DNA from: Candidatus Kuenenia stuttgartensis
GTDB taxonomy: Bacteria > Planctomycetota > Planctomycetia > Pirellulales > UBA1268
Reading direction: 5' to 3'
DNA length: 64,000 nt
NCBI GenBank assembly: GCA_945883745.1
Contig: CAMCYH010000002.1
Location: 1,508 to 65,507, forward strand
How positions within the stretch are numbered: position 1 is the stretch's first letter; each line of letters begins with the position of its first letter. Both the position numbers and the translations under genes were made by a program. Shown here in pieces: positions 18,002 to 30,046 of the stretch. The notes beneath the pieces were generated by a model that was not told where the DNA came from, searched no databases, and worked only from the letters and a program-made list of their open reading frames with translations.

Positions 18002-18901
18002 ATGCGAAGTCGCGTGGCTGGAAGCGTCGGGGCGATTGTGGCCATCATGCTGGTGGCTGGTGGAGGCTGCGCCGGCAATCCCTTCAAGAAGGCGACGCCC
18101 GGACCGATCAGCCTTGAGCCCCCACCGGGAATCGCGGCGCCCGCGCATACGCTCGGGCAGCTTCAGCCGCCGGTGGTGAGTGGGCCGGTGATGCCCTCCT
18201 ATGCCAATCTCGATGGGCGAGAACTCGAGGCAGCGCTCTCCCGCAGCCAGCAGGAGTCGCAAGTGATGCAAGATGAGATTGCGGCGCTTCGAGAGCAGTT
18301 GGCGAGCACGTCGACCCAACTGGCCCAGCAGCGATCGACCACTCAGCCGGCGGCGACAACGGTCGCGAAGCCAAATGCCACTCCACCGTTGGTCATGGAG
18401 TCGGCGATCAGTCAGTTGTCACTCCCCGGCTTCGAGACGCGATTCGATGGCAGTGTGGTGCGAATTGAACTGCCCGCCGACAAAATCTTCGAGGAGGGCA
18501 CCGCCAACATAGTACCGGGAGGCGTTGCGATGCTCACGCAGGCTGCGGAGGAGATCGGGCGGGTCTACCCTGGCCATTTCATCGGTATCGAGGGGCATCT
18601 CGATACCGAACCACTCTCGGGTGCCTCGTGGGCATCGCCTCACGAACTCGCTGCTGCGCGAGCGACGTCAGTCTTTGATTTCTTCACCAGCCGCACGCCG
18701 CTGGTACAGGGCCAGCTGTTCATCGTGGCCCACGGAGCGAATCACCCCGTTGTATCGAATGCCACAGCCGCCGGTCGGGCCCGCAACCGACGCATCGAAC
18801 TGGTGGTCTATTCCGAACGGGCAGGCGACGGCGGTGCACACCCCGCCGCTGCCGCGGCGGCCGGGGCCTCTCAGCCGCATTGGCAGTCAGCTGCGCCGTA
18901 A
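18002..18901 (+). CDS. OmpA/MotB-like peptidoglycan-associated lipoprotein
   Basis: Lipobox-like signal (AIMLVAGGGC), a coiled-coil segment, and a C-terminal OmpA-like domain (AAARATSVFDFF...GRARNRRIELVVY). The start could instead be 17990. Confidence 0.75.
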   Translation: MRSRVAGSVGAIVAIMLVAGGGCAGNPFKKATPGPISLEPPPGIAAPAHTLGQLQPPVVSGPVMPSYANLDGRELEAALSRSQQESQVMQDEIAALREQLASTSTQLAQQRSTTQPAATTVAKPNATPPLVMESAISQLSLPGFETRFDGSVVRIELPADKIFEEGTANIVPGGVAMLTQAAEEIGRVYPGHFIGIEGHLDTEPLSGASWASPHELAAARATSVFDFFTSRTPLVQGQLFIVAHGANHPVVSNATAAGRARNRRIELVVYSERAGDGGAHPAAAAAAGASQPHWQSAAP

Positions 18902-18960
18902 GCTGGCCGAAGGCGGCCTGCCGGCGTTGTGTTTCGCCGCCGTCGTCCTACACTCGCTCC

Positions 18961-19575
18961 ATGGTCACGATCGTCGATTACGGCAGCGGCAATCTCCGCA
19001 GCGTCCAGAAATCATTTGAACGGCTTGGTCATGCGGCTTTGATCACGTCCGATCCTGACCGGGTGGCTGCCGCCCACGCGGTCGTTCTGCCCGGGGTGGG
19101 GGCGTTCGGTGATGCCGTGCGGGCCCTGCACGACCGCGGTCTCGTCGCGCCGCTCCGGTCACACCTGCTCGCTGATCGCCCCTTTCTCGGCATCTGCATG
19201 GGGCTCCAACTTCTCTTCGAGACCGGCTGGGAAGGCGGTCGTCACGAAGGGCTCGGGGTCCTGGGGGGCGACGTGGTACGGTTGGATGTTCCGGTCGGCA
19301 ACAAAGTGCCCCACATGGGCTGGAATACGGTCTCGTGGCGGTCGGCCATTCATTCGAAGGCTCAGGCGGGATTGTCTGGTGACGACTGGTTTTACTTTGT
19401 GCACTCCTATGTCGCCCGCCCGACGGACGAGTCGGTGATCGCTGCGGTGACCGACTATGCCGGGCCATTCTGTTCAGCGGTGTCGCGGGGACGTCTGTTC
19501 GCCACGCAGTTCCACCCCGAGAAGAGCCAGGCGGCCGGCCTGCGTCTGCTCCAGACATTTCTCGAGTCCGTCTGA
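18961..19575 (+). CDS. hisH: Imidazole glycerol phosphate synthase, glutaminase subunit
   Basis: MVTIVDYGSGNLRSV, GVGAFG, LGICMGLQ, and the HSY/FHPEKS triad context. Confidence 0.93.
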   Translation: MVTIVDYGSGNLRSVQKSFERLGHAALITSDPDRVAAAHAVVLPGVGAFGDAVRALHDRGLVAPLRSHLLADRPFLGICMGLQLLFETGWEGGRHEGLGVLGGDVVRLDVPVGNKVPHMGWNTVSWRSAIHSKAQAGLSGDDWFYFVHSYVARPTDESVIAAVTDYAGPFCSAVSRGRLFATQFHPEKSQAAGLRLLQTFLESV

Positions 19576-19620
19576 CACCGAACCGTCGTTTCAGTCTTAA
19601 TTCTTTCGGGAGCCTTGCTC

Positions 19621-20346
19621 ATGGAACTCTGGCCAGCGATCGACCTTCGTGGCGGAAAATGCGTGCGGCTGCTGCAGGGAGACTATGACCGTGAAACGGT
19701 TTTTGGACACGACCCCGTCGCCATGGTGGAGCGATTCATTACAGGGGGAGCCCGGCGGCTGCATATCGTCGACCTCGACGGTGCCAAGGCGGGTGGACCG
19801 GTCCAGGCAGACCTGATCGGCAGAATGGTGAGGGCTGCCGGCGTGCCCGTGCAGCTTGGCGGTGGAATCCGCTCCTTGGACATCGCCCAGGCCTATGCGG
19901 AGGCCGGTGTCCAGCGGCTCGTTGTCGGCAGCGTGGCCATCGAACGGCCCGACCTGCTGGAGTCGTTGGCGGACGCCCTGCCCGGCCGGATTGTGCTCGG
20001 TCTCGATGCCCGTGATGGTCTCGTCGCCACGCGCGGCTGGCTGGAAACCAGTCGGCTCGCAGCCGTTGACGTTGCGAGACGGCACGAGCGACTGCCACTG
20101 GCCGCGATCGTCTACACCGACATCGCGAAAGACGGCATGATGGCAGGGCCCAATCTGGCCGCGCTGCGGGAGATGATCAACGCGGTCAGTCTGCCCGTCG
20201 TGGCATCCGGGGGCGTCTCCACGGTCGACGACATCCGCGCGGTGGCCGCTTGCAACGCGGCCGGCTGCATCGTCGGCCGCGCCCTCTACGATGGGGCAGT
20301 GACGCTTGCCGAAGCCGCTGCGGCCTGCGGCGAGTCGGTCTCATGA
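19621..20346 (+). CDS. hisA: ProFAR isomerase
   Basis: [28 protein letters not shown] and SGGVS motifs. ATG at 19621 is preceded by GGGAG. The track start at 19615 is a TTG. Confidence 0.92.
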   Translation: MELWPAIDLRGGKCVRLLQGDYDRETVFGHDPVAMVERFITGGARRLHIVDLDGAKAGGPVQADLIGRMVRAAGVPVQLGGGIRSLDIAQAYAEAGVQRLVVGSVAIERPDLLESLADALPGRIVLGLDARDGLVATRGWLETSRLAAVDVARRHERLPLAAIVYTDIAKDGMMAGPNLAALREMINAVSLPVVASGGVSTVDDIRAVAACNAAGCIVGRALYDGAVTLAEAAAACGESVS

Positions 20347-20524
20347 GCGGGGTGGACCTGCTTCGGAACAGACTACCTGGCTTACCGAGAGTTTGGAGGG
20401 AACGCGGTTCCCGAGAGGAGAAGGCCAACGCGGCTCAATTTCCCCCCGTCGTGCCGCCGACCGCTTATGGGCGGGGCGCTCCGCAATTTGCCACGGCGTC
20501 CGCGGCACCCTTACCATCTTTGTC

Positions 20525-21526
20525 ATGGCCACCGACGTTCGCATCAAGGAACAATTGCCCGATCTGACGAGGCGGATCGTCCAGACGTATCACGACACGC
20601 CGACGATCCACTATCTCGGCCACTGCCCGCTACCCAACTACGAGTCGATCGTTGCGATCTGCGAGGACCTGAAGGAGATTCTCTACCCCGGCTATCGCAG
20701 GCGGGAGAATCTTCACCTCGGAAATGTCACCTACCACGTGGGTGATCTCGTCGATGGTCTCCACGACAAACTCACCACCCAGATCGGCCGCGCACTGCGA
20801 CACAGCCTGTCGGCCCAGGAGACTGCCGCAGCGCAGGGCATGGATCCACCCGCGGTATCCACGGCCGTTCAGCACTGCGTCGAAGAGGCCGACTTCGAGG
20901 CTCTCGGGCAGGCCAAGGCGGTCGAGTTCCTCGAACGGATTCCAGAGCTGCGGAAGATTCTTGCCACCGACGTCCAGGCCGCCTACGACGGCGACCCAGC
21001 GGTGCGGACGCTCGACGAGATCATCTTCTGTTATCCAGGCCTCGAGGCGGTGACGATTCACAGGCTTGCCCACCTGCTGCACTCACTCGAGATTCCTCTC
21101 ATCCCACGAATGATGGCGGAGTGGGCCCACTCGCGCACCGGGATCGACATCCACCCGGGTGCCACCATAGGCGACCACTTTTTCATCGATCATGGCACCG
21201 GCGTGGTCATCGGCGAGACGTGCGAGATCGGCGGCCATGTGAAAATCTACCAGGGCGTGACGTTGGGGGCGGTGTCGTTCCAGACCGACGCCGACGGCCA
21301 ACTCGTCCGGGGCACGAAGCGGCATCCGACGATCGAGGATTGGGTGGTGATCTACGCCAACGCCACAGTCCTCGGTGGGGCCACGCGGATCGGGCATCAT
21401 TCCGTGATCGGGAGCAACGTCTGGCTCACCCGCTCCGTCGATCCGCACACGACCGTCGTGCTCGAGAAGCCGAAGCTGCGGATGCGGGGGGAAGCCCCCG
21501 AACCAGAAAACGATTACCAGATTTAG
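20525..21526 (+). CDS. cysE: Serine O-acetyltransferase
   Basis: Left-handed beta-helix hexapeptide core ([39 protein letters not shown]) preceded by a SATase N-terminal helical region. Confidence 0.88.
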   Translation: MATDVRIKEQLPDLTRRIVQTYHDTPTIHYLGHCPLPNYESIVAICEDLKEILYPGYRRRENLHLGNVTYHVGDLVDGLHDKLTTQIGRALRHSLSAQETAAAQGMDPPAVSTAVQHCVEEADFEALGQAKAVEFLERIPELRKILATDVQAAYDGDPAVRTLDEIIFCYPGLEAVTIHRLAHLLHSLEIPLIPRMMAEWAHSRTGIDIHPGATIGDHFFIDHGTGVVIGETCEIGGHVKIYQGVTLGAVSFQTDADGQLVRGTKRHPTIEDWVVIYANATVLGGATRIGHHSVIGSNVWLTRSVDPHTTVVLEKPKLRMRGEAPEPENDYQI

Positions 21527-21556
21527 GCGACTCTCCGCCTTGATCTGTGACGCGTC

Positions 21557-21687
21557 GGGGTTGCCCGTGCCACGTCGCCGGACGTTCGCTACGGGCATCC
21601 TGCCCTTCGCTCACTCGGAGGAAACCTCGCTTCGCCATCCTGGCTACGCTCGGTTTCCTACGCCGGCTCTGTGGCACGGGCAACCCC
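21557..21687. repeat. Nested inverted-repeat element (possible structured RNA, REP-like element or bidirectional terminator)
   Basis: A perfect 17-bp inverted repeat: GGGGTTGCCCGTGCCAC (21557-21573) and GTGGCACGGGCAACCCC (21671-21687). It encloses inner stems AGGAAACC (21619-21626)/GGTTTCCT (21652-21659) and GGGCA/TGCCC (about 21593-21605). Confidence 0.6.
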
Positions 21688-21799
21688 TCAACCGTCCTCT
21701 GCAACGCTAGTGCCCACCTAGTGGAACTGTAGCGACGATGCAGCAATCCAGGAAAGGTAGGCTCGGGGGTCGGCGAACGCTCGACGAGCATTGGGCGTA

Positions 21800-21822
21800 T
21801 CCTCGCCCGCGAGGAGACTTTT
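21800..21822 (+). terminator. Weak intrinsic-terminator-like hairpin plus T4
   Basis: TCCTCG/CGAGGA 6-bp stem (21800-21815) followed by GACTTTT. It lies about 275 nt after the cysE stop. Confidence 0.3.
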
Positions 21823-21862
21823 GCCGCCCCCGAGCCGGCGCTACGCGTAGGCTTGATAAGCT

Positions 21863-22288
21863 CTACCGGCCGGCGGTGCGGGCGAGGGCGCGGGCGGCCT
21901 CGATGGCCTTGAAGCGGGCGGCGATGGCGTCGTCACCGACGGCCTTTGAGGCCTGAGCCGTGGCGAGTTCCGTACGGGCCTGATCGGCGTCTATTTTCTC
22001 GGCATGCAGGGCCCGCTGCGTGATCACCGTGACGGCGTCGTGCCCGACCTCGACGAAGCCCCCCTCGACGAACACCTCGCGAGGACGGTCGGCCGACCCC
22101 CCCTGCTCACCAACGATCCGCACCGCCCCCACGCCAAGGCGGCCAATGAAGGGAGCATGGCCGCGGGCGACGCCTAACAGGCCATCGAACAGTGGCAGTG
22201 TGACGAACCGGGCACGGGCATCGAGGATCGTCGTCTCGGGCGTGACGATCACGCAGCGGACGCCGGCGTCGGTCTTGGTGTCGGCCAT
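21863..22288 (-). CDS. atpC: F1 ATP synthase epsilon subunit
   Basis: VIVTPETTILDARARFVTLPLFDGLLGVARGHAPFIGRL is a typical epsilon beta-sandwich, and it is the last gene of the atp operon. Start at MADTK. Confidence 0.9.
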   Translation of the reverse strand: MADTKTDAGVRCVIVTPETTILDARARFVTLPLFDGLLGVARGHAPFIGRLGVGAVRIVGEQGGSADRPREVFVEGGFVEVGHDAVTVITQRALHAEKIDADQARTELATAQASKAVGDDAIAARFKAIEAARALARTAGR

Positions 22289-22317
22289 GATTGGGCTCCT
22301 GTCGGCGGGGGACGACC

Positions 22318-24715
<2,398 letters not shown>

Positions 24716-24764
24716 CGTTGGTGTGCCCTACGCTCCGTGGTGCCAGGTCGTCTGAGTCTGTGGA

Positions 24765-26315
24765 TCAGCCTGCCGCGCCGGCCAGTTGCCGCTTTCCCTC
24801 ACCCGCTCCGGCGGCCCACTGCCGCTTGAACTCCGCGATTGCCGCCTCCAGCTGCCGCTCGCTTTCGGCGTCGAGTTCCTTCGAGTCCTTGATTCGGTTT
24901 CGCAGTTCCGACACCTGCTCTCTGACGAACGTGAGGAAGCCCTTCTCCCACGCCGCCACGTCCTCCCGCTTTACGGCATCGAGGTGTCCGCGGGTTCCCG
25001 CATAGATCGAGAGCACCTGATCGACCATCTCCATCGGCTGGTACTGTCCTTGCTTGAGCAACTCGACCATCCGGTAACCGCGGTCAAGCCGTTGCTGGGT
25101 GGCGGCGTCGAGGTCGGTGCCGAGTTGGGCAAAGGCCTCGAGTTCACGGAAGCTTGCCAGATCGAGACGGAGGCCGCCGGCGACTTTCTTCATTGCCTTG
25201 GTCTGGGCGGCACCACCCACGCGGGAGACCGAGATGCCGACATTCATGGCCGGCCGCTGACCGGCGAAGAACAGGTCGGGCTGCAGATAAATCTGACCGT
25301 CGGTGATCGAGATCACGTTGGTCGGGATGTAGGCCGAAACCTCGCCTTCGAGCGTCTCGATGATCGGCAAACTCGTGAGGGAGCCCCCGCCAAGTTCTTG
25401 GGAGAGTTTGGAGGACCGTTCGAGCAGGCGACTGTGGGCGTAGAACACGTCACCGGGGTAGGCCTCACGCCCTGGCGGTCGCCGCATCAGGAGGGAGAGC
25501 TGACGGTATGCCGTCGCCTGCTTGGAGAGGTCGTCATAGACGATCAGGGCGTGTTGGCCATTGTACATAAAGTGCTCGGCCATCGCGGTACCCGAGTAGG
25601 GCGCAATGTACTGCAGCGGAGCAGCTGTGCTGGCCCCTGCCACGATCACGGTGGTGTAATCCATGGCGCCGTGTTTGCGGAGCACATCGATCGCCACGGC
25701 GACAGACGAATCCTTCTGCCCCACGGCGACGTAGAAGCATTTCACGCCACTGTTCTTCTGATTGATGATGGCGTCGATGCCGATGGCAGTTTTGCCGGTC
25801 TTTCGGTCGCCGATGATCAGTTCGCGCTGGCCGCGGCCGATCGGTGTCATGGCATCAACGGCCTTGATGCCGGTCTGCAATGGCTCGCGCACCGGAGACC
25901 GTTCGGCCACGCCGGGCGCGAGGGTTTCCACCGGCCGCCGCTGGTCGGTCACCACCGGTCCTTTGCCATCCAGCGGATTGCCGAGCGGATCGAGCACGCG
26001 GCCGATGACGGCGTCGCCTACCGGCACCGACAGCAGCCGGCCCGTACTCTTCACCTCGTCTCCCTCGGTCACCTTGAGGTAGTCGCCGAGGATGATCACA
26101 CCGACAGAGTTTTCTTCAAGATTGAAGGCGAGGCCGGTGATGCCTCCAGGAAACTCGACCATCTCGCCCGCCATCACGCCGGAGAGACCCCACACGCGGG
26201 CGATGCCGTCGCCCACTTCGAGAACCCGCCCGACCTGACGGACATCGATGCCCGACTCGTAGCGGATGATTTCTTCACGAAGGACGGATGCGATCTCGTC
26301 GGTCAGGTTTGCCAT
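24765..26315 (-). CDS. atpA: F1 ATP synthase alpha subunit
   Basis: P-loop GDRKTGKT, then the [10 protein letters not shown]-like [13 protein letters not shown] and [12 protein letters not shown] motifs. Confidence 0.97.
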   Translation of the reverse strand: MANLTDEIASVLREEIIRYESGIDVRQVGRVLEVGDGIARVWGLSGVMAGEMVEFPGGITGLAFNLEENSVGVIILGDYLKVTEGDEVKSTGRLLSVPVGDAVIGRVLDPLGNPLDGKGPVVTDQRRPVETLAPGVAERSPVREPLQTGIKAVDAMTPIGRGQRELIIGDRKTGKTAIGIDAIINQKNSGVKCFYVAVGQKDSSVAVAIDVLRKHGAMDYTTVIVAGASTAAPLQYIAPYSGTAMAEHFMYNGQHALIVYDDLSKQATAYRQLSLLMRRPPGREAYPGDVFYAHSRLLERSSKLSQELGGGSLTSLPIIETLEGEVSAYIPTNVISITDGQIYLQPDLFFAGQRPAMNVGISVSRVGGAAQTKAMKKVAGGLRLDLASFRELEAFAQLGTDLDAATQQRLDRGYRMVELLKQGQYQPMEMVDQVLSIYAGTRGHLDAVKREDVAAWEKGFLTFVREQVSELRNRIKDSKELDAESERQLEAAIAEFKRQWAAGAGEGKRQLAGAAG

Positions 26316-26950
26316 GAGTATTCCCCAGTTTGGAGGGCGGAAATGTTTCGTTGCCGAAGCCGGTCGCCAAGCCGCGTCAGACTGGTGGCTACCGATTGGT
26401 CGTAAATCGTGTCGCCGACCCGCACGATGAGGCCGCCGACGATGGCTGGGTCGACGAAGAACGAGGGCCGCAGCGAGATCGCCAACGCACGTTGTACCTC
26501 CGCGACGACACGTTGCTGCCCATCAGGATCGAGGGGCACGGCGGTGGTGAACACCGCCTCGTGAATGCCCTCCAACTCATCGGCGAACCGGCCAGCAGCG
26601 GCTGCCACCTCCGGCAGGACCCCGAGACGACCGTGGCGGGCGAGCACGTGGAGCGCGTGGGTCGTGGTGGGACGGAGCCGCCCGGCGGCAAGGCGGTCGA
26701 TAATCGCCTGTTTTTGATCGATCGAGACCTTTGGTGAGGCAAACACGCTTACCGCCTGGGGCACTCGTGGCAGCACATCGCGGGCCAAGGCAGTCAACTC
26801 GTCGATCACCTCGCGACGGCAGCCGGCAGCATCGGCAGCCTCAACGATGGCCCGCGCGTACACCTTCGCTACGTGCTCGGTGCCGATGTCGACGCCGAAA
26901 TGGCCTGCCGCCCCACCGGTCTGTTCTGTCGTGTCGTGCCCCATGGGCAT
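26303..26950 (-). CDS. atpH: F1 ATP synthase delta (OSCP) subunit
   Basis: Its position between atpF and atpA, plus [12 protein letters not shown] and [16 protein letters not shown] motifs. Start 26950 has GGAG upstream. Its 3' end overlaps the atpA start. Confidence 0.85.
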   Translation of the reverse strand: MPMGHDTTEQTGGAAGHFGVDIGTEHVAKVYARAIVEAADAAGCRREVIDELTALARDVLPRVPQAVSVFASPKVSIDQKQAIIDRLAAGRLRPTTTHALHVLARHGRLGVLPEVAAAAGRFADELEGIHEAVFTTAVPLDPDGQQRVVAEVQRALAISLRPSFFVDPAIVGGLIVRVGDTIYDQSVATSLTRLGDRLRQRNISALQTGEYSWQT

Positions 26951-26966
26951 TCCGCGTGGCTCCGGT

Positions 26967-27632
26967 TTAGTTGACGCTCGGTCGGCTCGAAATGGAGGCA
27001 ACCGAATCCCTCACCAGCCGCGACTGGTCATCGGGACCAAGTTTCTCCCGCAGGAACTTCCCCGCCACCTCGACGGCCAAATGACCAGCCTTTTCGGCAA
27101 TCTGCGCCAGTGCGTCGTCCTTGGCGAGACCAATCTCATGGCGGGCACGGGCCCGTTCCTCTTCGGCTGCCTTGCGGGCGTCGGCGATGATCGACTGGCG
27201 GGTTGTCTCCGAATCGCGGCGTGCCTCCTCGAGCATCCCGCGCACCTCGTCCGACGCTTCCGCCAGCCGCCGTTCGTATGACGAGAGCAGCCGTTTCGCG
27301 TCGTCATGAGCCGCCTGGGTGGAGGCGATCATGTCGGCGATCCCCTGCTCCCGCTTTGCGAGCCCTTCCATGATCGGCTTCCAGGCGAACTTGGACAGCA
27401 GCGCGAACAGCGCGAGGAACACGACGAACGACCACAGCGCCAGGTCGGTCTGAAACCAGGCTGGGCTCTCGAAGTCTTTCTGGGTTGTTCCCGGCGGTAT
27501 GTTGTGGCCGATCTCGGCGTGGTGGCCATGGTCGCTCGCATGGGCATCGGCATTCGCCGCCGCGTGCGTGGAGCGTGCTGTGAGGCCGGTCGACGCAAGC
27601 AGCAGACCCACGACCATGCAGTGGATGGTCAT
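26967..27632 (-). CDS. atpF: Fo ATP synthase b subunit with N-terminal signal-like and His-rich extension
   Basis: TM segment LALWSFVVFLALFALLSKFAWKPI followed by a long charged helix (typical b). Start set at MTIHCMVVG (27632) because the longer ORF overlaps atpE. Confidence 0.82.
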   Translation of the reverse strand: MTIHCMVVGLLLASTGLTARSTHAAANADAHASDHGHHAEIGHNIPPGTTQKDFESPAWFQTDLALWSFVVFLALFALLSKFAWKPIMEGLAKREQGIADMIASTQAAHDDAKRLLSSYERRLAEASDEVRGMLEEARRDSETTRQSIIADARKAAEEERARARHEIGLAKDDALAQIAEKAGHLAVEVAGKFLREKLGPDDQSRLVRDSVASISSRPSVN

Positions 27633-27802
27633 CCCAACGCGGGTGGACGAGGCGTGGCGGAAAGAAGGATTCAAGTTTGTTCTCCCAAAGACGGGCGACG
27701 TGATCGCTCGTTCAATCGTGTTCACAGGGGGGCTGCCGACAGGCAGACCACGATCCGGGAGCGGACCACTGTGCGATCCGCTCCCGGAGCCGTGCGAATG
27801 GC

Positions 27803-28117
27803 CTACTTTTGCGAGCAGATGAACAACGCGTAGAAGGTGAAACCCTCGATGAGGGCCGCCGCGATGATCATCGCAGTCTGAATGCTGCCCGATACTTCGG
27901 GCTGCCGGGCCATGCTCTCGTACGCTGCCGAGGCAAGCCTGCTGATGCCGAGTGCAGCGCCGATGACGACCAAGCCGACGCTGAACGCCGCGGAGAAATC
28001 GATGAGGGAGCGGCCACCCGTGGCCTCTTGGGCGCTGGCAACATCGGCGCACATCAACATAACGACGACAGCGGCCACGGTGTACAGCGATCGGGCGGAA
28101 AGAAGCGAGCGAATCAT
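27803..28117 (-). CDS. atpE: Fo ATP synthase c subunit with N-terminal extension
   Basis: Hairpin loop ARQPE and carboxylate helix AALIEGFTFYALF. AAGGAG lies upstream of the ATG at 28117. Confidence 0.88.
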   Translation of the reverse strand: MIRSLLSARSLYTVAAVVVMLMCADVASAQEATGGRSLIDFSAAFSVGLVVIGAALGISRLASAAYESMARQPEVSGSIQTAMIIAAALIEGFTFYALFICSQK

Positions 28118-28247
28118 GACGGGTTCAAACTCCTTGGGGAACGAGGGGCCGATGCCGGCCCAGGGTTGGGAAATCAAAAAGTAAGAGAGGTTTACGCGAT
28201 GTTCTACGGTCTCGTGGTCGTGAAATACAGAGGCGTGTCGCCCGAGC

Positions 28248-29291
28248 CTAGTGTTGGTGAACCGACGCCCCGATAAAGAGAGCCGAGAGAAACGTAAAAA
28301 TGTAGGCCTGCAGAAAAGCGACGAAGAGTTCCAGGAGGCTGAAAAGCGTGCAACTTACGACGCTGATGCCCGTGACGGTGGCCCACATGCCCGTGGAATA
28401 ACTGGCAGCTGCAGTGATCAGCCCCATGATCCCGAGCAGGACGAGGTGGCCGGCGACCATGTTGGCCAGCAGTCGCACAGCCAGGATCAAGTGCTTGATG
28501 CAGAGCCCCAGCATTTCGATCGCGAAGATCATCGGCTTGAGCAGAATCGCCAGGGGAAGGGGCAGATCCATGGTCGGGATCTGGTTTTTGAAGAATCCAA
28601 AAAATCCAAACTTCTGCATCCCTGCCACCACGACAGTCAGCATCGTCACACCAGCCAGCGCCAGCGTGACTGAAAACGACGCGGTTGGCGACCCCGCCCA
28701 CGGGACCATCCCGAGGAGATTGCAGCCCAGCACGAAAAAAAAGAGCGTGAGCAGAAGCGGGACGAATTTGTCGCCGTCATGGGTCTTGTGAACGGTCGCC
28801 GGCGCGGTCACCGTGGAGCGGGCCCCGTGGTGGTCGAGCGAGTCATGCCCGTGATGGTCGTGGTCGTCATGGCCATGGTCATGGCTGTCGATCGCAGGCC
28901 TGGCGATCTGGTCACGGACGAACAGGATCATGGCCTCAAAAAGATTGCCAAACCAGCCGCGAGGCGGCTGCCCGGACTGCAGCGTCCGCGCCAATCGAGT
29001 GAAAACGGCCAAAAGGATGGCCGCGAGGGCGACCTCGAGAATCATGTACTTCGAGATGCCGAAGCCCGATTTCACCGCATAAAGGCTATCGAGTTTCGCG
29101 AACGGCTGCGGGATGAGAATTTTACCGTCCATTGCCGCATTGAACGCTGCGACATCGGTCACGTCGGGGCTGCCATCTCGCAGGAACAGGGGCACATCGT
29201 CAATGGTCTTCCATCCCTGGCGCCACATTGCCTTGGGGACTTCGAAGAAGTAGCTGTCCTTGAGGTGGTAGATCGGGTTGTGATCAGCCAT
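28248..29291 (-). CDS. atpB: Fo ATP synthase a subunit with His-rich insertion
   Basis: Conserved a-subunit C-terminal helices (LAVRLLANMVAGH with the essential Arg, then LQAYIFTFLSALF). 347 aa because of N-terminal and loop insertions. Confidence 0.9.
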   Translation of the reverse strand: MADHNPIYHLKDSYFFEVPKAMWRQGWKTIDDVPLFLRDGSPDVTDVAAFNAAMDGKILIPQPFAKLDSLYAVKSGFGISKYMILEVALAAILLAVFTRLARTLQSGQPPRGWFGNLFEAMILFVRDQIARPAIDSHDHGHDDHDHHGHDSLDHHGARSTVTAPATVHKTHDGDKFVPLLLTLFFFVLGCNLLGMVPWAGSPTASFSVTLALAGVTMLTVVVAGMQKFGFFGFFKNQIPTMDLPLPLAILLKPMIFAIEMLGLCIKHLILAVRLLANMVAGHLVLLGIMGLITAAASYSTGMWATVTGISVVSCTLFSLLELFVAFLQAYIFTFLSALFIGASVHQH

Positions 29292-29371
29292 GGATTGGAG
29301 CGTTTACAGAAGGGCTCAGGCCTGTCGGTTTGCGACCCGTGGCAAGAGTGTGCGGTACGCCACCGATGCCG

Positions 29372-29821
29372 TCAATTCGCGATTGTGATGTGCCGGGAAC
29401 CGGCCGTTTTCTTCGTGAAGATAATGTTTAGAACGATGTCGGTCGCCCACAGAAGCAGGTAGAAACCAGCGAGAAGGCGGTCGGCTCCCGCCTCCCGGTA
29501 CACACGTCCCTCGGTCTGCAGCCAGGCCAATGCGATTAACGGAATCGCCAGCCGCGAAAAAACGGCGGCAATGCTGGCGGCAACGGCTGTCGCGGGCGCG
29601 CGACACGGCCACCGTGAGATGATCCATCCCGCTCCAGAACCCGCGCCACAGACGGCCGCTGTGAAAGCAACCGCGCGATGAGATGACGATGTTCCGTCAC
29701 CGAGAGCGAGTGCGAACAGACTGGCGACCAGAAGCATGACAGTCAGCACAACACCACCGATGAGGGTGTGGCGAAGGTCGCCTGCCGAGGTCGGTGCAGT
29801 CGATGACCTATCGGCTGTCAT
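29372..29821 (-). CDS. AtpI-like small membrane protein (ATP synthase protein I candidate)
   Basis: About 149 aa with four hydrophobic segments, immediately upstream of atpB. Its ATG overlaps the stop of the upstream small ORF (ATGA). Called from position and topology only. Confidence 0.5.
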   Translation of the reverse strand: MTADRSSTAPTSAGDLRHTLIGGVVLTVMLLVASLFALALGDGTSSSHRAVAFTAAVCGAGSGAGWIISRWPCRAPATAVAASIAAVFSRLAIPLIALAWLQTEGRVYREAGADRLLAGFYLLLWATDIVLNIIFTKKTAGSRHITIAN

Positions 29822-30021
29822 GGTTTTCTCCGCTTCTGGAGCTGGATGAGCCAGGTAAGGCCCGAGGTGAAACCCAGCACGAGCCCGATGGGCGCGAGAA
29901 ACGCCGTTCCGAGTCGCTGATCGAGCCATCCCCCCGCCACGGCCGGCAGAAACATGACGAGTCCGATAGCGATAATTCGGGCGGCCCACGCCATTGCATC
30001 GCCGACCGGAGACGCTGCCAT
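29818..30021 (-). CDS. AtpZ/ATPase_gene1-like two-TM protein
   Basis: 67 aa (AWAARIIAIGLVMFLPAVAGGWLDQRLGT...IGLVLGFTSGL) resembling the small protein encoded at the head of many atp operons. Start uncertain (30021 or 29994). Confidence 0.55.
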   Translation of the reverse strand: MAASPVGDAMAWAARIIAIGLVMFLPAVAGGWLDQRLGTAFLAPIGLVLGFTSGLTWLIQLQKRRKP

Positions 30022-30046
30022 AAAGAGAGGATTGGAGCCTCGCCAG

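Noticed and set aside
21670-21687. TGGCAC motif inside the inverted-repeat arm as a possible sigma-54 -24 element.
   Set aside because: No GC dinucleotide or TTGC-like -12 box lies at the required 10-nt spacing (the sequence is TGGCACGGGCAACCCC). The motif is simply part of the palindrome.
21547-21732. 61-aa ORF running through the cysE/atpC intergenic inverted repeat.
   Set aside because: It has no SD and is a Cys/Arg-rich improbable peptide. The region is better explained by the 17-bp inverted repeat and nested stems, meaning an RNA or DNA structure.
26967-28052. The full 361-aa version of the atpF ORF.
   Set aside because: Its first 140 codons overlap atpE (27803-28117) in another frame and are Arg/Gly/His-rich nonsense. 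The b-subunit-like sequence begins at MTIHCMVVG (27632).
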